Below are positions 42,525 through 52,995 of a stretch of DNA of 64,000 nt, one piece after another. The stretch's first letter is position 1. Every line of letters starts with the position of its first letter. Both the position numbers and the translations under genes were made by a program. Below the pieces are notes generated by a model. That model ran no database searches. It had not been told where the DNA came from and worked only from the letters and a program-made list of their open reading frames with translations. The DNA is from an uncultured Nitrososphaeraceae archaeon (lineage in GTDB: Archaea > Thermoproteota > Nitrososphaeria > Nitrososphaerales > Nitrososphaeraceae). The stretch spans positions 96,001-160,000 of the forward strand of contig CAVSMN010000007.1 in the NCBI GenBank assembly GCA_963729045.1, read 5' to 3'.

Positions 42525-43922
42525 TCAACCAAAGTCAACGTCACTAAGATCCATAGTATTTCTATATCCACTTTCTCTCAAGTGCTTAATTGTTCTAGGT
42601 GAAAAGTCAAATATCTTATTTGATATCGTGTTCTCATCATTTTTGCGGTTTATTCTTACAACTTTTTCTATTTCAAATTGTCCTATTAGCATGTCCGAGT
42701 ATTTTCTAGGTTTGATTGCTTGGCCGTGGTTCATTGTATTTTTATTCAATAAATTATTGATGACATCATCTTTTGCACCAGCATCTTTTGCAATCTTGAT
42801 CAATTCCCTTGCCAGATCCACATAGTCTGATACAAGCAACAAAGCCTGTTGCTCTCGTCCTGTTCTGTCTGAATAGGTTATGTCACTATTTCTGTTCATA
42901 ACACCATCATGATCCAAAGGAATTGTGTCTTGTTTAACTGGATGAACATTGACGATACCTATCCCTAATTTTGGAACTGAATCTTTCAAACCTTTTACTT
43001 TTAGCCAATAAAGACGGTGCAGTCTAACAAGTTGTGTTAAGGGAGTGTTACTCATTATTCCTCCATCCCAAAAGTAGCGCATATTCTTCTCATAATTAGC
43101 GCTATTGCTATTGTAACTTTCTACTTCTAAGGGAGTATAACTATAATTGATAGGCACCGAGGCGCTTGCAATAACATGATCTGAAGTAATTCCGTCGTTA
43201 TATCTAATAACATGTTCATGTCCAACTTCTTTTCCATCATGAGTAATATATTTTCCATATCCAGATTTTCTGGAGCCATCTTCCGTTTCATAACTATCAA
43301 ATGTTACAGGGGCCCCTTCTGCTACGTCAACACTCACGAGGATGAGTCTTGGTTGAGGTAATGATGATTTCTCATCGAAACTTGTTGCGATAGGGAATTT
43401 TGCGAATCTCTCTAAACTTCTCTTTAACGGTCCACTGTCAAAACGATACCATACATTTAGAGGATCAAAAAACCTAGTATCACCTAGCGGGGCTAAAGGG
43501 GAGAAGACTGTGGGTACTCCTGTAATCACAGATAGCTTTGATGAATAATATCTTCTTGCGGCTTCACCAGAAGCAAAACCGGGGTGAATGTAGTTATGTA
43601 GGAAATCCCACCAAGCAGTAAAACCCGGAATACGGTCTAGTGGTGATTCCTTTGACAAATACTCCCAGAACTCATTTAGTCTTTCTGAAGAGCCTTCCCA
43701 CGTATTATTTTCTGTCACATAGCTTACAATTATTGCAGCATTTATCGCACCTATTGATGTTCCAGCGACAATATTTAAGAATGGTTTATCTTTTTCTCCT
43801 TTTTCCTTGTCTGCTTTGGTAACCTTTTCATATAGTGCTTGGTAGGCTCCTGCTTCATATGCACCAAGTGAGCCTCCACCCTGTAAGACTAATGCTCTTT
43901 GGTTATCCTGATATTTACCCAT
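42525..43922 (-). CDS. Patatin-like hydrolase
   Basis: LQGGGSLGAY oxyanion motif, GTSIG nucleophile elbow, WDGG, C-terminal FDFS...I......GY. Confidence 0.9.
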   Translation of the reverse strand: MGKYQDNQRALVLQGGGSLGAYEAGAYQALYEKVTKADKEKGEKDKPFLNIVAGTSIGAINAAIIVSYVTENNTWEGSSERLNEFWEYLSKESPLDRIPGFTAWWDFLHNYIHPGFASGEAARRYYSSKLSVITGVPTVFSPLAPLGDTRFFDPLNVWYRFDSGPLKRSLERFAKFPIATSFDEKSSLPQPRLILVSVDVAEGAPVTFDSYETEDGSRKSGYGKYITHDGKEVGHEHVIRYNDGITSDHVIASASVPINYSYTPLEVESYNSNSANYEKNMRYFWDGGIMSNTPLTQLVRLHRLYWLKVKGLKDSVPKLGIGIVNVHPVKQDTIPLDHDGVMNRNSDITYSDRTGREQQALLLVSDYVDLARELIKIAKDAGAKDDVINNLLNKNTMNHGQAIKPRKYSDMLIGQFEIEKVVRINRKNDENTISNKIFDFSPRTIKHLRESGYRNTMDLSDVDFG

Positions 43923-44451
43923 ATGAACTGAGTTTGGAAAGGATGTTATTATGTTAATCTATTACTGACAGACCTTGCGATAGTATACTGAAGATACATG
44001 ACTGAGCCTATCGAGATTGTAGTAACGTTTTCCATGATTCTTGTACGTATAAGTTAGGACTCACTTTCATTAAAGCGAAATCCAAATCCTAAAACCCCCC
44101 AACAATACTGTTTCTAAAATAAAAATTTTGAAAAAGTAAAAATTAAATTCAAGGATCATGTCAGATTCGTGCAATTTATTATTTTCAAAGGTTAGATCTA
44201 CCTTTGATTACTATTTCTCTTAATCTGACATTTCAAAGTATACCCATATCTTCGGATTTTAAATCGGGACTTTACCCTCTATCCTCATACTTATGCCAGT
44301 GAAGTATTGGACTTTATTCAACCTTGAATCATATTTTCACAATCCCTGTTTGTGGTTATTATAATCGTGAATCGAAAATGGTTGAATGAACAATCCAATT
44401 ATTAAATAACAATACTTATATAATTATTTTTAATAAAAAATTAGATGTATT

Positions 44452-44916
44452 ATGACTGCAAATGAAAAATTCAAAAACATATATGAAAATGCATATCGTC
44501 AGCAAAAACAGACAATCGGATCAAATTATACCCAATTCAAAAGCATGATTGAAACCACATATCTTCAGCATATACAAGCGATCGAATTAAATTATACCCA
44601 ATTCAAAAGCATGATTGAAACCGCATATCATCAGCAGATACAAATTATTAAAACGAATGCTTCTATAATGAAAACCTATTATAGCATGTTTGGAAATAGC
44701 GAGATAGTAAAAAATATTGAAAAGATGGAATCTGATTTTTTAATTCTAAATGAGGAATCAAAAAAATCAATGATCAGCCAGTTGGACCTCATTAAAGATA
44801 ATTACCTATCTAATGCTGCTAGATTAAATGAAGAATATCATAAGATACCTAACATTGAGAAGTTTATTCCCAATACTGATGGCTCAGGGGAGTCCGATAG
44901 TAATTTAAAGAAATAA
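44452..44916 (+). CDS. Helical Gln/Asn-rich protein with a 22-aa internal repeat (possible phasin)
   Basis: NYTQFKSMIET twice; 34-bp identity at 44523 and 44589 (66-bp period). Confidence 0.55.
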   Translation: MTANEKFKNIYENAYRQQKQTIGSNYTQFKSMIETTYLQHIQAIELNYTQFKSMIETAYHQQIQIIKTNASIMKTYYSMFGNSEIVKNIEKMESDFLILNEESKKSMISQLDLIKDNYLSNAARLNEEYHKIPNIEKFIPNTDGSGESDSNLKK

Positions 44917-45199
44917 TATTAGTTGAATAGTTTATTTCGCTCTTCATTTTATGGGTTTTTAGCAGGTTCATAATGAAAAGAATAAAACTTTTTTTGCACA
45001 TGTAGTATTCTACTTTAAAACAACTCAATTACATGCCAAATTCACCCAATTTCATTTGTAACCATATTCCAATTAGAGGTTTTGGCATCTGAACAGTTTG
45101 AATGTGAAATGGTCTTGTTTGAAACCCTCTTGATTAAGGTGTTATCGACCACTAATCATTTTATCAGTAATGCCTATTACATTAATTCTTAAGAAATAT

Positions 45200-45395
45200 C
45201 TGATTTTGTACCTAGGCTTCAAATCCCAACCCTTGTCCTACCATTTCTTTTAATATTGTATTGCGATATCTGTTAATTTGAATCCAATTTGGGATACAAA
45301 TATTCAAAAATCAAAAAATTTAGCATCTGTTGATACAAAGAAACTCTAATAATTGTCTCCTTCGAGTAAGACGCCGGGAGAGGGATTTGAACCCT
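45200..45395. repeat. Left copy of ~195-bp direct repeat containing the tRNA-Ser 3' end (att-like core 45372-45395)
   Basis: Near-identical to 48475-48672; exact 24-bp core CGCCGGGAGAGGGATTTGAACCCT. Confidence 0.9.
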
Positions 45396-45975
45396 ATGGT
45401 TGGTAATGACAGTATTGAATACAATGATGAATTGTGGATATGGTTCAAAGATCATTTGGTTAAGCAGCAACAAAGTCCTCATACGATGTGGAATAAGGTT
45501 CAATATGTCAAGAGGTTCTATTATATTCTTGAAAAATAAAATACTCAAGATCTTTTTTCGGTTTCTATGGAAACACGCTAGCATGTAATGAAGTCCTTAG
45601 CCTCATTATCAAAATACTTGGGAATTTATGATTAGTGGTAGAATTTGATCAAAAGATATCAACTCAAGTGGCGCAAGAAGGGCGGCTTTGATGTCTTTGG
45701 AAGTATTTTTGACAACAATGAGAGATATTATTCTTCAATGTTGAGGTGGATCAAAATTTCAATAGCCGTATTGCCAAAGGAGTGCGCCAACATTATATTG
45801 TTTACTACCTTAACGAGGCTGCAATCCGATGAATCTTACAAGGCCATTGAATTGATCAAAGCCTTCCTCAGCAGATTATGATAGGGAAAGAATATTGCTT
45901 CTTCATTATAAATTTCCAGAGAAATTTTTGAGGGTATCCAAAAAAAGCATATGTAAGCGTCATCACCGATAACTA
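45396..45975 (+). pseudogene. SSV/pTN3-type tyrosine integrase remnant
   Basis: Fragments WFKDHL, HVMKSLASLSKYLG, IKRYQLKW, FTTLTRLQSDE (degenerate TGLRxxE), LLHYKFPEKFLR..KK; stops and frameshifts; catalytic C-terminus absent. Confidence 0.75.
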
Positions 45976-46209
45976 CCTGACTGGATTCTATGTACAATGG
46001 GGATATTCTGTTTCTTTCTTTCACCAATCATGATTGAAATAGAGTATCTTCAAGCTATAGGTTTATCGTTAAATTAGCGGCGCCTTATAAGCACAATTAA
46101 GTTTTATAGTTCATCAATCCTAAAAAAGGGAAAAAATGGGATGAGATTTCAATACGATCTTGAATCAAAAATACATAATTTTAAAAGTGCATTCTGAAAC
46201 GCATGCAAA

Positions 46210-47302
46210 TTAGTGAATTATGGTCACTAAGCCTTCAGTACCAGTGAGTGTACCCGTTACGTAAGTAGCATTGTTTGAAGGATTATACGTAAGTGCCAAG
46301 GGCGCATTATTGATATTTAGAGTTTCTGATATATCATTATAAATACTGTCTATAATAGATACAGAATTTGATACCACGTTAACTACGTAAATGTTGTTGT
46401 TAGCTGGATTAAATTCCAATGCAACAGGTTCGGTACCGACCACCGTATTGCCCAGTAACGTTTGATTTGATCCTCCAATTACCGAAACAGTTCCTGAATC
46501 CCGATTAGCTACGTAAATGTTGTTGTTAGCTGGATTAAATTCCAATGCAACAGGTTCGGTACCGACCACCGTATTGCCCAGTAACGTTTGATTTGATCCT
46601 CCAATTACCGAAACAGTTCCTGAATCCCGATTAGCTACGTAAATGTTGTTGTTAGCTGGATTAAATTCCAATGCAACAGGTTCGGTACCGACCACCGTAT
46701 TGCCCAGTAACGTTTGATTTGATCCTCCAATTACCGAAACAGTTCCTGAAGCCCGAATTAGCTACGTAAATGTTGTTGTTAGCTGGATTAAATTCCAATG
46801 CAACAGGATCACGGCCAACATCAACTTCCTTTATAACTGTATTAGTATTGCTGTCAATTATTGAAATTGAGTTAGAAATCGTATTTGCTACATAGATATT
46901 GTTGTTAGCTGGATTAAATTCCAATGCAACAGGATCACGGCCAACATCAACTTCCTTTATAACTGTATTAGTATTGCTGTCAATTATTGAAATTGAGTTA
47001 GAAATCGTATTTGCTACATAGATATTGTTGTTAGCTGGATTAAATTCTATTGCTTGTGGTGACATGCCCACGTCAATATTGTTGATTACAGTATTATTAG
47101 TACTTTCAATAATGGAAACAGTTCCTGAATCACGATTAGCTACGTAAGTGTTGTTGTTAGCTGGATTAAATACAATTGCTTGAGGGAATTTTTCTACCGA
47201 AATGGTCGAAATTATACTGTCTCCAAAGACATGATCCACTCCTTTTGATGAAGTTAGGATCATAAGCGTAAAAATTAATCCTGCAAAAACTATTGAGAAC
47301 AT
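46210..47302 (-). CDS. Secreted YVTN/YncE-type beta-propeller protein; apparent +1 frameshift near 46756
   Basis: Signal peptide; repeated P.A..FNPANNNIYVAN...VS.I blades. Confidence 0.85.
46383..47048. repeat. 126-bp tandem repeats (three of type A, two of type B), one blade each
   Basis: Unit starts at 46383, 46509, 46635, 46762 (+1 base), 46888. Confidence 0.9.
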
Positions 47303-47792
47303 ATCTTATGTTGTGTTATTACAGGTGATGTATATAACAATTTCACAGATGTTTGTGGCTCTGGTGAATTGGCTTAATCCCTGAACCAATAAGTTTTTGC
47401 GTTATTTGGAATCCGAATCTCATTGCTAATTGTATTTTGTTTTCACTGAGATGGCCATACTCCCTGTTTTCGTTACAGGGCTTATTACCAAACTTTGTCT
47501 TATCTAATTTATTTGGCGTCACAAAAATAGATATCCTGAATAGTATTCGATTAAATAGTTAATTTCTTGTTTACAAAGTCTATTAAGTATACTTCTATCT
47601 TCTTGCTATGTTGTGAATGAGGTCTCTTATTACAAGAGATACTTGTCTGAGGCCCCAAACATTTTCTAGAAGTTAACAGAGCCGAAAATTAAGGACATCC
47701 AAAACTTCAATTTGATTATTCTATGAAATACGACTGCCTGGATACCTTAGTAAGAAACTATCTTTCGTCATCTTCAATTAGCAGCATCTAGC

Positions 47793-48360
47793 CTAACTAA
47801 TGGTAAATACAAATGGTTTCGTAACGTTACCGGGCTGCATATTCTCTGTCAGGTGATAAACAGTGGCGGTTGCTGGAGTCTTCCCAGCCTTGATTGCTTG
47901 GTATAATGTACCAGGAACCGGACCAGCAACTGTAACCTCTTCTCCATGGTTTAATTCGAATGGGGATGAAGTAGCGGTGCAGCCTTGGAATTGATCCTGT
48001 CTTATGACTACATTTGCATAAAGAACGCAGTTAAAGGTGAATCACAACGGCCAGCAGGTAACATTATACTGTCTGGTGATTTATTAACCACTGTTGCTGG
48101 TAGTTCAAAAGTGCTCCCTGCCTTTACATTTGAAGGTGAAGGACGAATATACGACCAGTTCGACTCCGCTATTTGTTGCATTCACTGTGGAGTTGGTATT
48201 GGAAGATTGGGAATATGCCTATCGATCTTGGACCAATGAAACACCGAGGATAGTAGTAGTAATTAGTATGGCTACTAACGGTAATATGATAACTTGTATA
48301 AATTTGCGGTTAATCGCAGCCTTCTCATTCTTCTTCAAGGCCTTTGTATCTGTCACACAT
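47793..48360 (-). pseudogene. Secreted-protein pseudogene
   Basis: Hand-read fragments: hydrophobic leader, SPSNVKAGSTFELPATVVNKSP..GRCDSPL, GCTATSSPFEL..GEEVTVAGP..YQAIKAG..KPFVFTIS*; internal stop and frameshifts. Confidence 0.6.
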
Positions 48361-48474
48361 TATTCATTCAAACCCATTTTATAACGTTAACAGCTGCATC
48401 TTTTACACAGATTCATAACAGAAGTATTAGATCCATTGCCGTCCTATATTTGATAACTGCATAAAGTAGACTTC

Positions 48475-48672
48475 CTGATTTTGGAACCTAGGCTTCGAAT
48501 CCCAATGTCTGTCCTACCATTTCTTTTAATATTGTATTGCGGTATCTATTAATTTTGAATCCAATTTGGGATACAAAATATTCAAAAATCAAAAAATTTA
48601 GCATCTGTTGATACAAAGAAACTGTAATAATTGTCTCCTCGAGTAAGGCGCCGGGAGAGGGATTTGAACCCT
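48475..48672. repeat. Right copy of ~195-bp direct repeat, overlapping the tRNA 3' end
   Basis: Matches 45200-45395 with scattered substitutions and indels. Confidence 0.9.
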
Positions 48673-48749
48673 CGAGGCCCTCACGGGCCACAAGCTATAT
48701 AGTTTCCTAATTTCCAGGCTTGCGCCCTTCCAGGCTAGGCGACCCCGGC
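48649..48749 (-). tRNA. tRNA-Ser(GGA) with a ~15-nt intron at 37/38
   Basis: GCCGGGG/CCCGGC acceptor stem, CAAGC-CT-GGA-A-[ATTAGGAAACTATAT]-A-GCTTG anticodon arm, long variable arm, GGTTCAAATCC T-arm. Confidence 0.92.
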
Positions 48750-50086
48750 TTTTGATTAAATGATAATTGTCCTCTTTTTATGTATATCTAATATTAATTT
48801 ATATTTTAAAACTAACTCATCTCTATCCTGTCAATCATCCGACCGGACAACAAATCAAATTTATAAATCTTTGAATGGCCGGTGCTACTCTTATGATCTT
48901 GAACATCTGAATAAAATAGAAAATTTTGATTACATTGAGTACATACCCAAACAATATTTAGATCTTTGTCATTCATGTCTTTGTCTAAGCATACGATTCA
49001 AACATACGATATAAGCAGTTTGAAAACAAATAATGTTAATTTATTTTGATTATTCTTTAGTAAAAATATCTCCAATTATTATAACGATAAACTGTAAATA
49101 ACTATTTTAATACGGCGCTGTTCAGAGTGTTTATTACATGATATTTCTATGTATTAATCAAACTCTCTTGACATCCTTTATAAAAGATTGCCATAAATTA
49201 TAAAGTACATTTTTTGGATAGTTTAATAATTGTGGCAAATTTCTCGACGTTGTTAATTCTTACACCATGATAACCACGGAAATGATCATGCCGCTTTACT
49301 TAAAGATCAGATTTGTTCCTTTGTGAAGCAAAAACAAATCCTATCATAACTAAATATTTGTATCATTACTCAATCTAAGTATTAGTTAATAGAATGGTTT
49401 GTTACAAATCTTTCTTGTTTAAGTATTTGATATTGTTAGTGTAAATTTAATATTTTAAAAAATTTAGAGTCACGAAGGATTCCTTTGACGCGGTCCTGAG
49501 GAACTTGCATTTGCATCCTTCAACCATATCTCGAAACTAAAAAAGTAGAAATCAATTTCACCTCAAAGTTATATGACTAAATTCAAATTTTTGTAATCTG
49601 TCTTTAAAACATTCTGATTATCTTGAATCTAGATAGATTAATTCAACTTGGATTTATTCTATAATCTTTTAACAGATTAAATGACAATACGTCATAAATT
49701 TCATATAGGTTAATTTATTTCGCTAGAAATAGCATACTTTTAGATGAACGCATTTCATCGGACATTATAAGAGTATGAATAGGGTTAACGAACCAGTTGT
49801 GGCCTTGCTTCCTCATTTGTTCTTACCCCTAGGATTATGTCCGCAATTAGATTGTAACCTAAAAGTTATTTTTGAATTAGAGTTGTCATTATTATAAATT
49901 TATCCACGTTACAATGACTCTTTCATAAGTTCAATACAACATAAAATATGGATATGGATTCAGAATATCCATTCTCCAAACATTGTAAATGGAATCCTTT
50001 CAGTTCGTTTAGTTACAAATCATGTTGTTTGGAGTGGATCTTTAAATGATTAACTTATAAATTTCAGACCTACAAGATTATCCACA

Positions 50087-50957
50087 TTGGTTCTAAAATT
50101 AGGTGTTCATGTGTCTATTAGTGGTGGTATTTCAAATTCAGTTGATAACGCACTAAAAATTGGCTGTTCAGCTTTTCAGATATTTACAAGAAGTCCTAGA
50201 CAGTGGAAGACTAAGGAACTGAGTTTATCTGAAACCGATATGTTCAAGGAAAAATTGGGTAATAGTTCAATTGATCCTGAATCCGTTGTTGTACATATGC
50301 CATACTTGCCTAATCTTTCGGCACCGACCAGTGAAATGTATGAAAAATCAATATTAGTATTGACAGATGAAATAACACGTTGCAATATGTTGGGCATACC
50401 TTATCTTGTTATACATCTGGGAAGTCATCTAGGTCAAGGAACTAAAAAATGGGATAAACCAACTCGTAAATGGATGTACAAAATCATTGCAATCATACAG
50501 TGACCTGGGCTTACCAAGCAACAGAGTTAAAATCCTTTTGGAAAATAGTGCAGGACAAAAAAATAGTATTGGAAGCCAAATCGAGGAAATCCAAAGCATA
50601 TTCAACATTCTTGGGAAAACTGATTATGGCTTGTGCATAGACACGTGCCATTTATTTGCCGCGGGCTATGATTTATCAACTGAAAGTGGTGTTTCAACCC
50701 TTTTTGAGAAAATAGATAGTCATATTGGTATAGAAAACATAAAAATAATTCATTTAAACGATTCAAAAGGAGACTTGGGATCTAACCTTGATAGACACTA
50801 TCACGTTGGTTTAGGAAAAATTGGAGAAAGTGGCTTAAGATATTTAGTAAATTACAAGAAATTAAACAAGGTCCCATTCATTATGGAAACGCCTATTGAC
50901 TCGGTTAGAAATGATCTTGATAACATCGAATTCGTAAGAAATGTCCTGGGAAATTGA
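50087..50957 (+). CDS. nfo: Endonuclease IV; apparent +1 frameshift in an A6 run near 50445
   Basis: G.HVSI.GG, QIF.RSPR.W, HMPYL.NL, HLGS; then LLENSAG, C.DTCH, HLNDSK, DRH, ETP. Confidence 0.92.
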
Positions 50958-51349
50958 TCGTAATTGATAATCATGATTGCTTTAATTTTGCTTTCATATT
51001 CATAAGATAAAGTACATGACTATTGAGGATGGCTCATTTTTGTTAAACAACGATATGGATTACTTATTTTATTTGATCAAATTAAGAAGCTTTATCATAC
51101 AAAAATACTCTCCATGATCAAAAAGGTAGCGAATATTAGGATTATTTCATTGATGTAACTTATTTGTAATTGATTTTAGGGTTATAATTTAATTTTAGAA
51201 TTCTAATACGACTTTACATCTGGAATAAATCATATACTGTTCAATATTGTAATTATATGGTAAAATTTTGGATTTCAATATAAAAATATTACATCATGTG
51301 TGTGAATAAAATATAGTTTAAATAGCAGGGTACCGATACTATATATACC

Positions 51350-51510
51350 AGACCCATTAACAAGCTCCACTGAAAGAAGGTAGTAAAGGCAAAGTCTATT
51401 GGTATGCATACTAGGTAAATCCCAGTTTAGTGCTGATGTTCATGCCTTGTAAGAAATGATCAACCATTTTAAGAACTGTTACCCTTTGCAGAGCCTTTAT
51501 TACCTTTTAA
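51350..51510 (+). ncRNA. Candidate structured RNA or MITE-like element
   Basis: 14-bp terminal inverted repeat 51377-51390 / 51493-51506, nested stems, TATA-like TTTAAATA at 51317. Confidence 0.35.
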
Positions 51511-52037
51511 AAATATAATTCAACGCATACTAATTTACAAATTTGATTAGAGAATTTCCAAAAAATATTTTTTCGCTGTCTGCAAATCAATATAGTTATC
51601 AGGATTCTTTTAGTTTTATTCCCAAATAGCTTGGTTTCGAAATTTACATTTCTTGAATTAATAGTTAGCCCTTGATTAAAAGTAAGATGTTAAGAGTCGC
51701 TGATCCGCTATTAAAAATCAAGATTTTCAAGGATGTTTGATACAGATTCTCGATTATTATTAAACTTATTAATCAAGATAGTTAACCAGATTTATGATAC
51801 GAATAAAGGAGGGAAAACCTAACTCGGACCTATCTGAGAAAGTATTTCTTGTGCTTGACAATCATAGCGAAATAATTTACGATTCTTATCCTGTTGTTAT
51901 TAAACCACCTAACATGAACCATCTTATGTACAAGGCGTCAATTATGGAAAAACAAATAAAGCAATGGTAGTGATTTCGGTTAATTCTTATTAAAAGATGT
52001 ATATACCAATCATGTCATCATAGTACAGGGTAGATAC

Positions 52038-52919
52038 ATGGTCTCTCAATCTTATGAGAATAAATTCGGTATAAAATTATCGGATGATCAACGAATCAGC
52101 AATCTTGATAGTAATGGATTGATCAAAACTGAGGAGTTAGTGCAAAAAATTCCGTTATATAACGAAAAGCTTGACGTTACCAAAAAAAGTGAGAATGGCA
52201 ACTTGAAAATTGAAAAGAAATGGATCACAGTGAAGAAGGAAATCGAGATTCCTTTAAAATATGAAGAGATTTTCATAAACGACAAAGTTTTTGATTCTTA
52301 TAGTGACAAGGAGAAAGGTGAAATTTTCTTCCAAATAAAAAGCAAGATATCTGATGCATTTCTACGAGAAAGAACTGATGAGAAGGACAACAAACAGCCT
52401 GATCCAACTGGTAGCGAGGTAGAAATTGTTTGCTGGGAACCCGAAGGAATGGAATTGAACAAGAATGTAATAAGTGAAAAAGCTATTTCGCTTTCATATG
52501 TTACATTGAGCGACCAAACAAACATCCAACAGGCCGACCAAACAAACATCCAACAGGCCGACCAAACAAACATCCAACAGGCCGACCAAACAAACATCCA
52601 ACAGGCCGACCAAACAAACATCCAACAGGCCGACCAAACAAACATCCAACAGGCCGACCAAACAAACATCCAACAGGCCGACCAAACAAACATCCAACAG
52701 GCCGACCAAACAAACATCCAACAGGCCGACCAAACAAAGACTCAAGAGACTTTTGAACTATGGGGTGAAGAAATTATTATAGATAAGAAAATGGTTAAAC
52801 TAGCCGAGATTGTTATCAAAAAGTATCAAGTGAACGAAAAACGGAAAATCGATGTAGAGGTTAATCGAGAAAAACTTACCTTAAAATTTCCTGGCAATTT
52901 CAAAGAAGAGATATCCTAA
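52038..52919 (+). CDS. DUF2382 (YsnF/AvaK-like) protein with an 8-aa tandem repeat
   Basis: IPL..EKL.V.K and EEI.I.K....EIV..K; (DQTNIQQA)x9. Confidence 0.75.
   Translation: MVSQSYENKFGIKLSDDQRISNLDSNGLIKTEELVQKIPLYNEKLDVTKKSENGNLKIEKKWITVKKEIEIPLKYEEIFINDKVFDSYSDKEKGEIFFQIKSKISDAFLRERTDEKDNKQPDPTGSEVEIVCWEPEGMELNKNVISEKAISLSYVTLSDQTNIQQADQTNIQQADQTNIQQADQTNIQQADQTNIQQADQTNIQQADQTNIQQADQTNIQQADQTNIQQADQTKTQETFELWGEEIIIDKKMVKLAEIVIKKYQVNEKRKIDVEVNREKLTLKFPGNFKEEIS
52511..52738. repeat. Perfect 24-bp tandem repeat, 9.5 copies
   Basis: Unit CGACCAAACAAACATCCAACAGGC. Confidence 0.97.
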
Positions 52920-52995
52920 TTCAGAATTTATTTTATTGGTGATGGTTAAAATCTCAATCCATATTATTTTATATATCTTCCTATAAGTATAATTT

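Larger units (their letters stand above)
45372..48672. mobile_element. Decayed ~3.3-kb integrative element at tRNA-Ser(GGA)
   Basis: Bounded by 24-bp att cores; integrase remnant begins right at the left core; cargo is a beta-propeller gene and a secreted-protein pseudogene. Confidence 0.8.

Noticed and set aside
45273..45588. Short ORFs over the att repeat, also 48488-48691
   Set aside because: Read-through of tRNA/att sequence or alternate frames of the integrase remnant.
47985..48384. Two plus-strand ORFs
   Set aside because: Antisense to the secreted-protein pseudogene on the minus strand.
48488..48519. GGCTTCGAATCCC...CCA resembling a tRNA T-arm at the start of the direct repeat
   Set aside because: No acceptor stem or D-arm could be built; may be chance or a very decayed att site.
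52298..52745. Three minus-strand repetitive ORFs (MFVWSACW, LVGLLDVC, FGRPVGCL repeats)
   Set aside because: Shadows of the stop-free 24-bp repeat in the plus-strand DUF2382 gene.
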